36,656 bases of DNA from Atractiella rhizophila (Eukaryota): positions 1-36,656 of the forward strand of contig MU271638.1 of NCBI GenBank assembly GCA_021432655.1, read 5' to 3'. Numbering within the stretch: position 1 is the stretch's first letter; each line of letters opens with the position of its first letter. The translations under genes were made by a program, and so were the position numbers. Shown here one piece after another: positions 1 to 9,744 of the stretch. Under the pieces are notes generated by a model that saw only the letters and a list, made by a program, of their open reading frames with translations, was not told where the DNA came from and made no database searches.

Positions 1-95
1 ACCCTAACCCTAACCCTAACCCTAACCCTAACCCTAACCCTAACCCTAACCCTAACCCTAACCCTAACCCTAACCCTAACCCTAACCCTAACCCT
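1..95. repeat. Telomeric repeat (CCCTAA)n, C-rich strand: left chromosome end
   Basis: Uninterrupted CCCTAA hexamers from base 1 to 95 (~16 units), then an abrupt switch to unique sequence. Confidence 0.99.
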
Positions 96-367
96 TGGGC
101 GACGGGTCTGCTGCAAAAATTGTCGGACGGGACTGTGCAAAGCCCTGCTCTCTTGATTTAAACAGGGCTGTGTGAAGGTCAATCCTTTTATATTGACAGG
201 ATTGACAGGACGTTGACTTCTGTTACTTCGTTCATTGCTGGTGCATTTGGAATTTGGAGCGAATTTACGCTTGACTTCACTTTCGCATTCTTCCTCCTAC
301 AAGTTAGCTTTAAAGCTCGACCTGGAAAAGTTCCTTTCCAGCTAGGGTTCGCCTCAAAGTTGCAACC

Positions 368-2462
368 ATGCCGAGGTCTTCCTTTTGCGCTATTTATCAG
401 AAGGTTATGTATGATGATCACTTTCATTGGCCTATCTATAATCCTCTGTACGTAGAAGACAACCGTACTGCAGTGAGGACAAACATTTCCCACTCGCCGA
501 CAACAGAAATGATACCTCTGTCCAATAACCAATTCTTTCACTTCAGCGTTGCAGCACCTGTTCCGTCAATTCAGGCTGAGTCCGCACAATGCCCTACCGT
601 TTTTTCGAAGGCACGGTCGACGTCCACAGACCGATGGTGTCTCGTATCCGCCACATGAAATCATGGTCTCCATGGACGATCCTTCGACGACGACACTCGA
701 CATCACTTCCTCCCCAAGGGTTAGGGTTCCCACCTTCCGAAGGAGAGGCTATGGTGGTGAATGGAGGGTTGGGGATTTTGGATATTGCACCGAGCTTGGT
801 ACCTTCAGCTTTTCGCAAAACGTGCAGGACTTTTTAGGGCCAGAAGACGAAAGGCTGGATTTTCCTTTGAGAGAGGTCGCGTTGAATGCAGAATCTCCGA
901 TTGCCAAAGGAAGCTTCACTGTCACGAGCGCTGCGGTGGATGCAGGCCCTCCAGTGTAGGTCCTCGCTTCGGCGCTTCAAGAGGATATTATTTAATGGAC
1001 GAGCGTAGCCCAGGCGGCGCTACTTTTGCGGTCAATTACTCCAGCCAATCCCAAGGAGGAGCCCTTCTTGCCACAACATCAGATGCTCTTCGATTTGCCG
1101 TCACTCACCAAGGTATCGGTGTTGACTACTTCAAACGGTATTTCAAAACAGTGTTGGAAGAAGATGCACGAGCCGGGCACTGTCCGAATGGTAAGAGGGA
1201 ACTCTGTATGATCATCGGCGTTGTCAAAACCTTCGGTTGGCTTCGAGCTGTATTCGGTCAATGCGGTGGTAGCTTTGGAATCAACGTTGGGGCGCACCCA
1301 GCCGGATTCCAAGTGGGTCGTGATTACGGTGCGATTTCAGGAGTCCACGTGCAACATGGCCCCAGGGTGCAACGTATGTTCACAGTGATGATCAGAACTT
1401 TATTAATGGCAATGATTATTAGGAAGCGGCGTCCTTGGTAGCGACGTGGGGGACCAGACACTATTTATCACTCGAATTATGTGTAAACATGCGGGAATTA
1501 CACAACTTGGTTGTCTCAAAGGAGGAGGGGAGTCAGGTTGGCCTTCCCCCGCAGATCCAGCAGATGAAAGCATGGAATCCGTCTTTTGTGATGGATCAAA
1601 TGAAACTGTGATATGCTCTCACTCTGCTGCTATCAAGCAGCATTAACTTGTTGTAGGGGTGCGACCCTTTGAGCGTGCTCCTTGAGGCTATGTTGACTGT
1701 GAGTATTCCGTATGTTCAAAAAAGATTCCTCATTCCTCTGAAGTTACGCCCTGCTGCCGAATTTGCTATTGCGTCTGACATCGACTTGTGCACCCTGTGC
1801 GAAAAGGTGCGTTGCTCCACGTCCAAGCAGGTCTCTATTTAAGCTGGCTAGTCGAATTGGAGCCTCAAATCTGGCGAATGGAATGTTCAAAAAGCGGTAA
1901 AACTGTTACAAGGTTGTGGGGACTGCATCAATGAAGAAGCTGTCGGTACATATCAGTCTCTCTTTGGACATCGAACTCACTTTGTCTGATAGGACTCACT
2001 CTCCGCTTCTCCACTCATTCTTCGGAGTCCGTTCTTGAAGGAATTGATCTACAAACTGTGACACACGAAGGAGGCAACCACCTGCCGATATCGTTCACAA
2101 ATGTGAAGCAGCCCGACGATGCGGAGGAGCCTTCTGTCGTTGGTGAATACGGGGACAATCAGGGAATGACCGAAGGCGGCGCCGCCCTCTCATTCGCAGG
2201 GGACTGTGAGGACAATGCCTTCTTGTCTACTGTCGTATTGGGAGGAAGACATGATAAGGCCAGCATGCCGAGAGACACACCTCAATTTCATGGAGACAGC
2301 CAGCTTCTGGAGTCGGAAAATGAGTCGATTCGATTGCACGAGTTGCCTACAGCGTCAGATATCGGAGATGACCTGTTGGTAAGTCCACTTCATTCTCTCA
2401 TTTTCCTGCATTTGCTAATATATCTCAAGCAATCTTCGCTGCTCCTGAAATTCTTGATGTAG
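368..2462 (+). CDS. Fungal gasdermin-like protein (RCD-1/HET-Q1-related), spliced, ~490 aa
   Basis: Exon model: 368-447, 725-955 (acceptor uncertain: 574, 724 or 742), 1009-1373, 1423-1607, 1657-1698, 1744-1806, 1852-1945, 1993-2378, 2430-2462. GT-AG introns of 45-53 nt (except the first) keep the frame; total 1479 nt. Motifs in order: IYQKVMYDDHFHWPIYNP; WRVGDFGYCTELGTFSFSQNV; TFAVNYSSQSQGGALLAT; LCMIIGVVKTFGW; HGP; DQTLFITRI; DPLSVLLEAML; AEFAIASDIDL. These resemble the basidiomycete gasdermin-like pattern as I recall it (GYPLW.P / IGDVG / GA.L / LVTG.DKT..W / NQC.F.RG / DPL..LL.Y / AI.HD.D). Confidence 0.78.
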
Positions 2463-3074
2463 CTTAACGGTCAGAAAACTGGAATTCAGGTGATGAAATA
2501 AAGCTTACAAGCACACGTTCTTGCTATTACGTGTTTATCTTCCTCTCAGCGTGACAAGTCATGCCGTTTCGTGATGCCGCAAACAGTCTCATCAAGCAAA
2601 AAGTCTCGATAGAGAATGAATAGTTCACTCTGCCTGGGGAGAACTCAAGTGCATACATCCATCCCGACCTATTAGTGCCATGCACATACAGCAGTCACCC
2701 CCGGTCCAAACCTGGATGAGCACGAGATTCAAGTTGATGCGGAAGGAATTGACATTTCCTGGTTCAGAGGGAATGCACAGGATCCCTTGAAAGATGGGCA
2801 GAGGGTCATATTGATGCACGGGGTTAACTCCTTGGGATCGGGGTTCTTCACCTGAAGGTAAGTCATCCACCTCACTCCTTTTTGATACATTCCTCTTGAA
2901 TAATTTATTTCTTACTGGTACCAAAGGTGAAATATTGTTGCTGCTTAACCAGTGGCCTGTGAACACGCATATATCTATTCATGGCTTCGCTTCTCCTATA
3001 CCCTATGAGGGACCACATCTGCAAACAGCGATGTTCTTATTTCTCGTGTGATGAAGAAGTTGCTAATCACGATG

Positions 3075-3935
3075 TTACTGAAAGACTTCCCACAGCGCTT
3101 TAATTCACGCTAATTACGTCCCAATTACGTGAGGAATCGAGGGAGATACAATGAGCATTGCTATTTCGCATACAATGGTGTCCTCGCACTCCGCTTTGTT
3201 AAATGTTAATCTAATGTTGAAGTCCTCAGTACTACCTGAAAGCCCTCTTTGAGCGCTTTAATGAGCGATGTTTGCATCTAGATTGTGTTAGAAACTAATG
3301 AGGCTATGATAAACATTGATATATCATTTTAGTGATGCTGAGTTTTCGCGCTCCGCTTTTTTTTGATATCTCTCTGATATTTACGTGCTTAGTACACCAT
3401 GAAAGGTCTCTTCCATTGCTTCAATCCACACTATTTACGTCCAGGTTACGGCGGGAATTGATGAAGATATCATAAACATTGTTCGCCTTAATCAAGACGA
3501 GTTTTCGCACTCCGCTTTTCTTAATGTTTGTCTAATACTGACGTGCTTAGTACTGCCTGAAAGCCCTCTCCAAACAATTTAATTCGCGCCATTTATGATA
3601 GGGTTTGATGAAGATATGATAAACATTAATATATTTCATATCGAGAGGTGAGCGTTCGCACTCCGCTTTTTCAGTGTTTATCTAATGTTGATATGCTTAG
3701 TACGCCATGAAACACATGGCCCAGCGTTTTAATTCACGCTATTTACGTGTGGATTGTGACCGGAGCTGAATGAGATACGAGGAACATCAATATTTCACAT
3801 AGGTCAAAGTGAGCTTTCGCTCTCCGCGTTTTTATTGATGTCTATCTAATGTTGATGTACTTAGTGTGCCTTGAACGACAACCCCCAGAGCTTCCATTCC
3901 CACTATTTATGTTGAGATGACGATAATAATTGATG
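3075..3935. repeat. Degenerate AT-rich tandem array, ~5.5 units of 151-162 bp (subtelomeric satellite)
   Basis: Core TCGC(A/G/T)CTCCGC with its CGC at 3185, 3347, 3506, 3657 and 3818. Each is followed by TCTAATGTTGA-like, TGCTTAGTAC-like, TGAAA and TTAATTCACGCTA-like blocks. A partial unit starts at ~3075. Confidence 0.9.
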
Positions 3936-4245
3936 AAGTTGTTTGTTTGTTTGTTGTCGGAGAGGAACGCTTCTTGCAGGAGAAAGCGCTCGAAAGTTTA
4001 TGCGATGCAAAATACACGTCAACTCAACTATTCGTTAGGACTCTCAGTAAATCCAATTCACCTGAACCGTACTCAAGGCTGGAAAGTCTAAAACATCGTC
4101 GCAGTCATGAATTTGGGCATGTTCGCATGCAATACCCAAATGACGCATGAGATAGGCTATTTCTTCCATTTCTGTAACAAATATAGAGCCGTTGCGACAC
4201 ACTAGCAAATCCCTCCGACCTCGTTTAAGGTGAGCAAACCCTCAC

Positions 4246-4873
4246 TTAGTTGCCTGGCTCTCCCTCTGTCAATTTAATGCCTCCCACACTTCTCCCTCCT
4301 TTGCGTCTTCCCCAAAAAGCACTCGCAAGGGTTCCGCCGACCTTGAGCGCCTTATCCCTCTCGTTCCCACGACCGCCATTTTGGTTGGGCACAATACCCA
4401 GCAGACGCTTCGCTTTGGAAGGCACCGGACGCCCGCTAGTCGGCAACTCGTCGTCGTGATCTGAGGTTTCTGAAGCTTCGGAGTCTTCGTCTTCCGCTTG
4501 TGCTAAAGGCTCGGATGGAGCGGTGGGGAGACGAATGCGGGAGGTGTTGAACGAGAAAGAGAGGGAAGGGAGGCGAGGGGACAGGCGACGGAAGGAGATG
4601 AATAGGATGCAGATGACGGAAATAGTGACGAGGGGACTGGATGTCCAACAAAAGAAAGAAATGAGCTGAATAGTAGTAGGAGGATGGAAGAATGCGCACA
4701 TCCAAATCCAGCCTGGGATGGTGGACTCAGGAGTTGCTACGGATTGACGGAAACCGTATCCTATTAAACCTTGGATTTCCAGCAGGTGGACACTCACAGG
4801 TCTCCGGTTCTCCCTCTTCCAAACTACCAACACCGCTAGCTAAGTAAGACTTCGTCAACTGGACGACAGGCAT
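4246..4873 (-). CDS. Hypothetical single-pass membrane protein
   Basis: 3-exon model gives MPVVQLTKSYLASGVGSLEEGEPETSTPESTIPGWIWIPLVTISVICILFISFRRLSPRL..., i.e. a hydrophobic helix followed by RR, then an acidic and basic disordered tail. Donors GTGAGT and GTGCGC. Confidence 0.6.
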
Positions 4874-5479
4874 TGTTATTCGGTATCTCACACCTCAGTC
4901 TCTCAGAGTGAGGCAAGAGTTGTGTCTGTAGCTGTCGGCGAATGCCTGAAGGGGCAATCGGATCCAGAACCACAGCGCAGCCACCAAGTTCGTTCACGAC
5001 CCCGTTCACGACCTTTCAACCATTCCCAAGGCTCTCACATCGTCTGAACGACCCTCCCTGGCCTCGGAGTAATACCTTTGCTAGGCTTTGAGAGTCTCTT
5101 CAGTTTCAGCGACCAAGATTACCTCGAGCCGTGCGTGCATCTCCTCCTTCACGTGTCTGTAGCTTTCCCATTTTTCACTCTTCCTTGCCTGTGAGCGACG
5201 ATAAAGAGCAAGTGAAGGAAACTTGAGACAATGTCGATGCCGTGAAATGTGGGTGCCGCCCCAATGTTGCAACATTTCCGGTTCCATTTAGCTGTGCAGG
5301 GCACCGCGAAGACGTTCTCCTTCCGGTATTTCGAGCTCACAAATATTTGAGGCGCTTTCAAGAAGCCGAATTAGAAGTTTCAATGCATCCATTTTCCGTC
5401 TTCAAGAGCATCAGTTCATTGAATGTGCCACTAACGTTCCTACGTTGCTACTAGTAAAGCGTCCTAATCTCATGTCAAC

Positions 5480-7605
5480 ATGTCGTCTTCTTCCTCCTCC
5501 ACCACTCCGTCACATCGACTGTCCAAACGAGCACTCCAAGGCTCCGGCCTCGCGGTAGTCATCGGAATCGTCGTCTTCATAATCGGCCTCGCTGTCGTCG
5601 TTGGTCTCGCTCTCTTCCTCCGTCGACGGCATGCTCGTAACAGCAAGGGGACTGCGAGAGGGAACCGTGCTGGATTCACCCGGATAAGTCACCAAGGGGA
5701 ACGGAGTCAGACTGCGTCACAGATATCGTCGCGGCCAACGAGCATGGCTGGAGAAGGAAGCTATGATTCCGCAGCGGAGGAGGTACCATTAGTGCAAAGG
5801 CAGGAGGGAAATAGTGCTGGGAGTTTGAATGCGAGGTTGTCAGCGAATGGTGGAGATTTCAGCATGAATGCGTCGAGGACGAGTTTCAGTCAAGAGGGGT
5901 ATGACGAGTTTGGAGCGCAGCAACCATATCAGCCTTACCGGATGGAACTTTGTCAGCCCTATTTTTCCCTTCCTTCCTTACTCTTACTTTGATAGCTGAC
6001 GTCTCCATAGCGCCTAATGGAGAATGGACACGAGTGCCTGCGAACACTTCGAACGATATTCCCACGCCGAACGGCCTCCAGCGGAATCCCATTGGGGCTT
6101 CATACGTTGCCTCCGTCCCTCGCTCCTCTCAAGGTGCTTCGTACCAACAATCCTCACCCCACCTCTCGAACGCCCAATACACCACAGGAGACTATTCAGC
6201 AGTTCAGTCTCCAGGATCTCAACCAGCTTCAGCCCGGGCAGAGGTGGAATATTACGTTCCCAGCAAGGGAGGGTATGTGGTCGATCCGATTACCGGGATG
6301 GGAAGGTCCCAACAAGCGTCCACTGCTCAGCCAGGTCAGGGGAATATGGAGGATATGTGGGAAAATATAAGGGCAGACGTGATGAACACAGCTGTCTCAA
6401 GTTCAAATCCGAATGCTCCTCTTAACGTCAACAGTTACGATCAATCACCTCAAACCGGGCACATCCGCAACCCAAGCGCCTCCTCACTCAATCCTCCCAT
6501 CACCTCGGCTCCCAGTGGCCTAACAGTCGTCCATCGTTCTCCTGGTCCAGAGGGATCATCATCCCAGGTTCAGAGTTCCAACCAATCGAACATCATATAC
6601 GGCGCTCCCCCCGCTTCGTACGCGCTTGTCAATCAACCTTCTGCCTTCATTCCTGCCCCGCAACAAGCCATTCCAGTCACGTATCAGCAGCATTCCATCC
6701 CTCAGTACTCAGCTTCAATGTACCCCGCTTCCCCCGTTTACGGTGGAGGTATAAGCAGCGGATATGGAGCTGTTCCGCCCTCTCGCGAAGCCATCATTAC
6801 TGGCTACGTCCCGTCTCAGCCTCCTCAGCAGCAGCAACTACCACAATTCCAATCTCCTCCTCCTCCATTTCAACAACAACAACCTACCCCGGCCCCAATC
6901 CAGCAGCAAGAGGTCTTCACTACTCTTCCCCAGCAAGGCTTTGCTCCGCCTCAACGTGGGAGCACACCGCAAGTGCAACTCAACACATCTAATATGCCGC
7001 AACCCGTGAATCCTCCGACCGCAGCTCCATTCACCTCATCTTCCGAGAGCTCAATGTTTAGCGGAGAGACGTCAGGTTCGCCGGATACGGAACCGACGAC
7101 TGGTGGAAGCCCAGATCAAGTGAACGAAGATCGTTTCTGGCGTCCGGATCGCGTCGTAGCCGCGAAAACTCCGGGAGGAGCGAAGAGGCGCCATCTCGTA
7201 GGACAACAAGTCGACAAAGACGGAATCCCCATTAATCCTCCTTCGGCCGCTCCGCGTTCTGCGGCGCCAACTCTTACTCCTGGGAGTAACAATCCCTTCG
7301 CATCTCCATCTATCCCCGAAGTTCCACCAGTTCCGCCCCTTCCTCCAGTTCCATCAATTCCCGCTGAGTACAGCAACCTCAAGACCGTCACTCCCCCACC
7401 TCCTCCAGTTACTCCAACACATCCGAGCAACCGAGCGTTCTTCCAGACTGGCTACCCAGCGGAAAAGGAGAGCGCAGAGCAATTCTACGCCGCCCCTCCG
7501 CCTCCACTTCCAGTCGTAGGAGGATCACATCCTCCGGAGCGACGAGGGAGCACGGACAAGGTTGGAGGGTTCTTCGCTTACGTTCCCCCTGATGGAGCGA
7601 GTTGA
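5480..7605 (+). CDS. Single-pass membrane protein with long Pro/Gln/Ser-rich cytoplasmic tail
   Basis: TM helix LAVVIGIVVFIIGLAVVVGLALFL followed by RRRH. Intron 5952-6010 (GTCAGC...CTGAC...ATAG) joins the 5480 ORF in frame to the 551-aa ORF. Confidence 0.8.
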
Positions 7606-7884
7606 GGACGTGGGTCATTGAAGTTTATTTAACGACAAAATGCACATAGTAAAGTTTTGCGTCATGATCTTGCTATCATGAGGAAGTTGACGAGAGATCG
7701 ACGGATTAATGATGGACTGTTTTTTGTTTCCCTCGTGTTTGGTGCATCTTTAATGTTTGCTATTACCCCGCTCGATCTTTTGTTCCGCACGAAAATGCTT
7801 TCCAAGTGTCGAGTTTGTAATGACAGACGATGCTTATTATTGGAACTGATCGTTCTACGATTGTGGCATGAGAGTGCAAGGGCT

Positions 7885-8874
7885 TCAATCGAACACGCTC
7901 AATCCCCGAATGAGCTGATCAACCTGACTCCTGAAGAAATCATTATCCACTCCCCTCTCTCCCTTCTCCTTCATGCTCGTCTTCTTCCACGTCTTCTCTC
8001 GTTTCCGCCTTTGCTCCTCAGTCTCTCCTTCCGGCCCTTGGGGTAACTCAAATCGTTGACGATTGTAGAGATGAGTGAGTGGATTGCGGACTACAAACTC
8101 CAGAAAACAGTTGGAGTAGAGTTGGCGGAGGACAAGGCTGAAGAAGATTTGGGGTTCTGATGACTGTCATAGAAGAAAACCAAGGACGAACCGTAGCGAA
8201 TCCACGCTCGGGGAGGATGTCAGGATAAAGGTGTAGCAAGTGGGAGTGTGTAACATGTGCAGCTTATACGAAGGCGTTTGATATGCGAGATACGGCTCTG
8301 ATCTGTTTACTCATGTCAAGCTGAGGCAAATCTAAGCAGGAGGGCAATCCAACGCACTTTCCACCATTGAGCTTCTTGATCATGGTCCTCAGCGAGAATA
8401 CCACTCCGTAGATCAGTTTACATTCCTCATCGAACCCCATCCCCTTCCCCGTTCCCTCCTCCACCGCTTGTTCCTTCTCTCCGGCTGCTGCCCATCCACC
8501 CCTAAGATCGAACACGGTCTGTCCTGGTTGGGGTGTCGGCGCGCCTCTAGCCACGAGAGTCCCACCGACACCAGAAAACCTCTCTGTAGGCGGTTTGTCG
8601 AGCTTTGAAGTTGATGCGCGTGTTTCAGTGGGCAGGAGGGGTGAAACTATGCGTGAAACGGATGGGAGGACTTCAGGTCCTGGTTGTGCCGGAGACGGGT
8701 TGGGAGATGGATGCCTAGGTTTCGGTAAGAGATGCGATTGACAAATAGGAGTATAGGGAAGCACCAGTTTTGATAATAGACGCTGCAGCCAGATCAGTGA
8801 ATGTTGCACAGTAGTGAGGGAGACACTGACCATGTGCAGGAAGGCGAAAAGAGGTAAAACGAGTAAATAGTCAT
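7885..8874 (-). CDS. BET5: TRAPP complex subunit Bet5/TRAPPC1 (sybindin-like longin fold), spliced
   Basis: MTIYSFYLF...CVYYQNW; EECKLIYGVVFSLRTMIKKL; YQTPSYKLHMLHTPTCYTF; VLRQLYSNCFLEFVVRNPL; GVDNDFFRSQVDQLIRGL. Confidence 0.9.
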
Positions 8875-9744
8875 GTCCTGCTGCAAATTATCGGTCACCT
8901 CAGGGTCAGCGTCACGGTGAGTTCCATGCCTCAGGGCATAACTCACAAGTTCAGTTCAGTTGGCAGGTTATCACAAAGCTTGTACTAGGTATACCCGATC
9001 GGCGAGTATTTGCCTCGGAACTACATATTCGCCTGCTCACCTGCTCACCTGCTCACTGTTTTTTTGTGCTGCAGTGCCAGTAATATGTCAGCCTTCCGAT
9101 TCATTGCAGGTATCGTTGATTACTGTCAGACACAAAATATCGTTTGAGGTTGCTGAGGATATGAGAACGAGAATGAAATCTCACCACCTGCAGAAGCAAG
9201 CAGAATCATTAAGGGTTCGCAACAACTGGTTCCAGTCAATATAATGAGGATTCGTCGGTTAAATCACAGTTTACATCATTTCTGCTTGCAGTATGTAACT
9301 GATGCGATACAGAGAGAAGTACTTTGGCCAAAAAAGTCATATTCACCGACCTCTGTGCCGATACTTTGTGGTGGCACTTTCTGTATTCCAAGGAATCATA
9401 CCTTGTCCCGAGAGTTGCTTTCGGGTAATTGATATCTCCTTTCCCCTTTCCACGCTGCCAAAAAGTGACAAACTACTCTTTGTTTGTAAACCTCCAGTTT
9501 TTTGTAACGACAGTGACTAACTGGCATCAACAGCCCCCCAAAGCAGTTGTTTATCCCTGAGACGTTAGGCGGCATAGAAGAAGCGCACGCCAAAGTTGTG
9601 TGGCAGAGAAGCCATCGGAAAGAGGGGCAAGCACGCGGACAGCTGTCGCGGCACAATGTAAAAACTTCCTCTAATAAGAGGGATAGGGCCTTTCTCGTCA
9701 AAGAGTCCACCACCCCTTCGATAATTAAGATTCATCTGTGAGAG

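Noticed and set aside
1200..1373. SRA/YDG-like look of VFGQ...ISGVHVQHG
   Set aside because: No SIVLSGGYEDD or YTGSGG motifs; the flanking motifs fit a gasdermin-like protein instead.
1744..1806. DIDLCTLCEK as a ZZ zinc finger
   Set aside because: The other CxxC pairs are missing; it fits the gasdermin-associated AIAxDxD motif.
2625..2966. 113-aa minus-strand ORF convergent with the gasdermin, considered as a partner protease remnant
   Set aside because: Non-ATG start, and no catalytic motif or domain recognisable.
3075..3935. CRISPR-like array
   Set aside because: Eukaryotic context, no cas genes, and the units are homologous along their whole length rather than repeat plus unique spacer.
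96..5400. Telomere-linked RecQ helicase or telomeric retrotransposon
   Set aside because: No helicase or reverse transcriptase motifs in any ORF.
9032..9057. (CCTGCTCA)x3 micro-repeat in the BET5/MFS divergent promoter
   Set aside because: Short simple repeat with no evidence of function.
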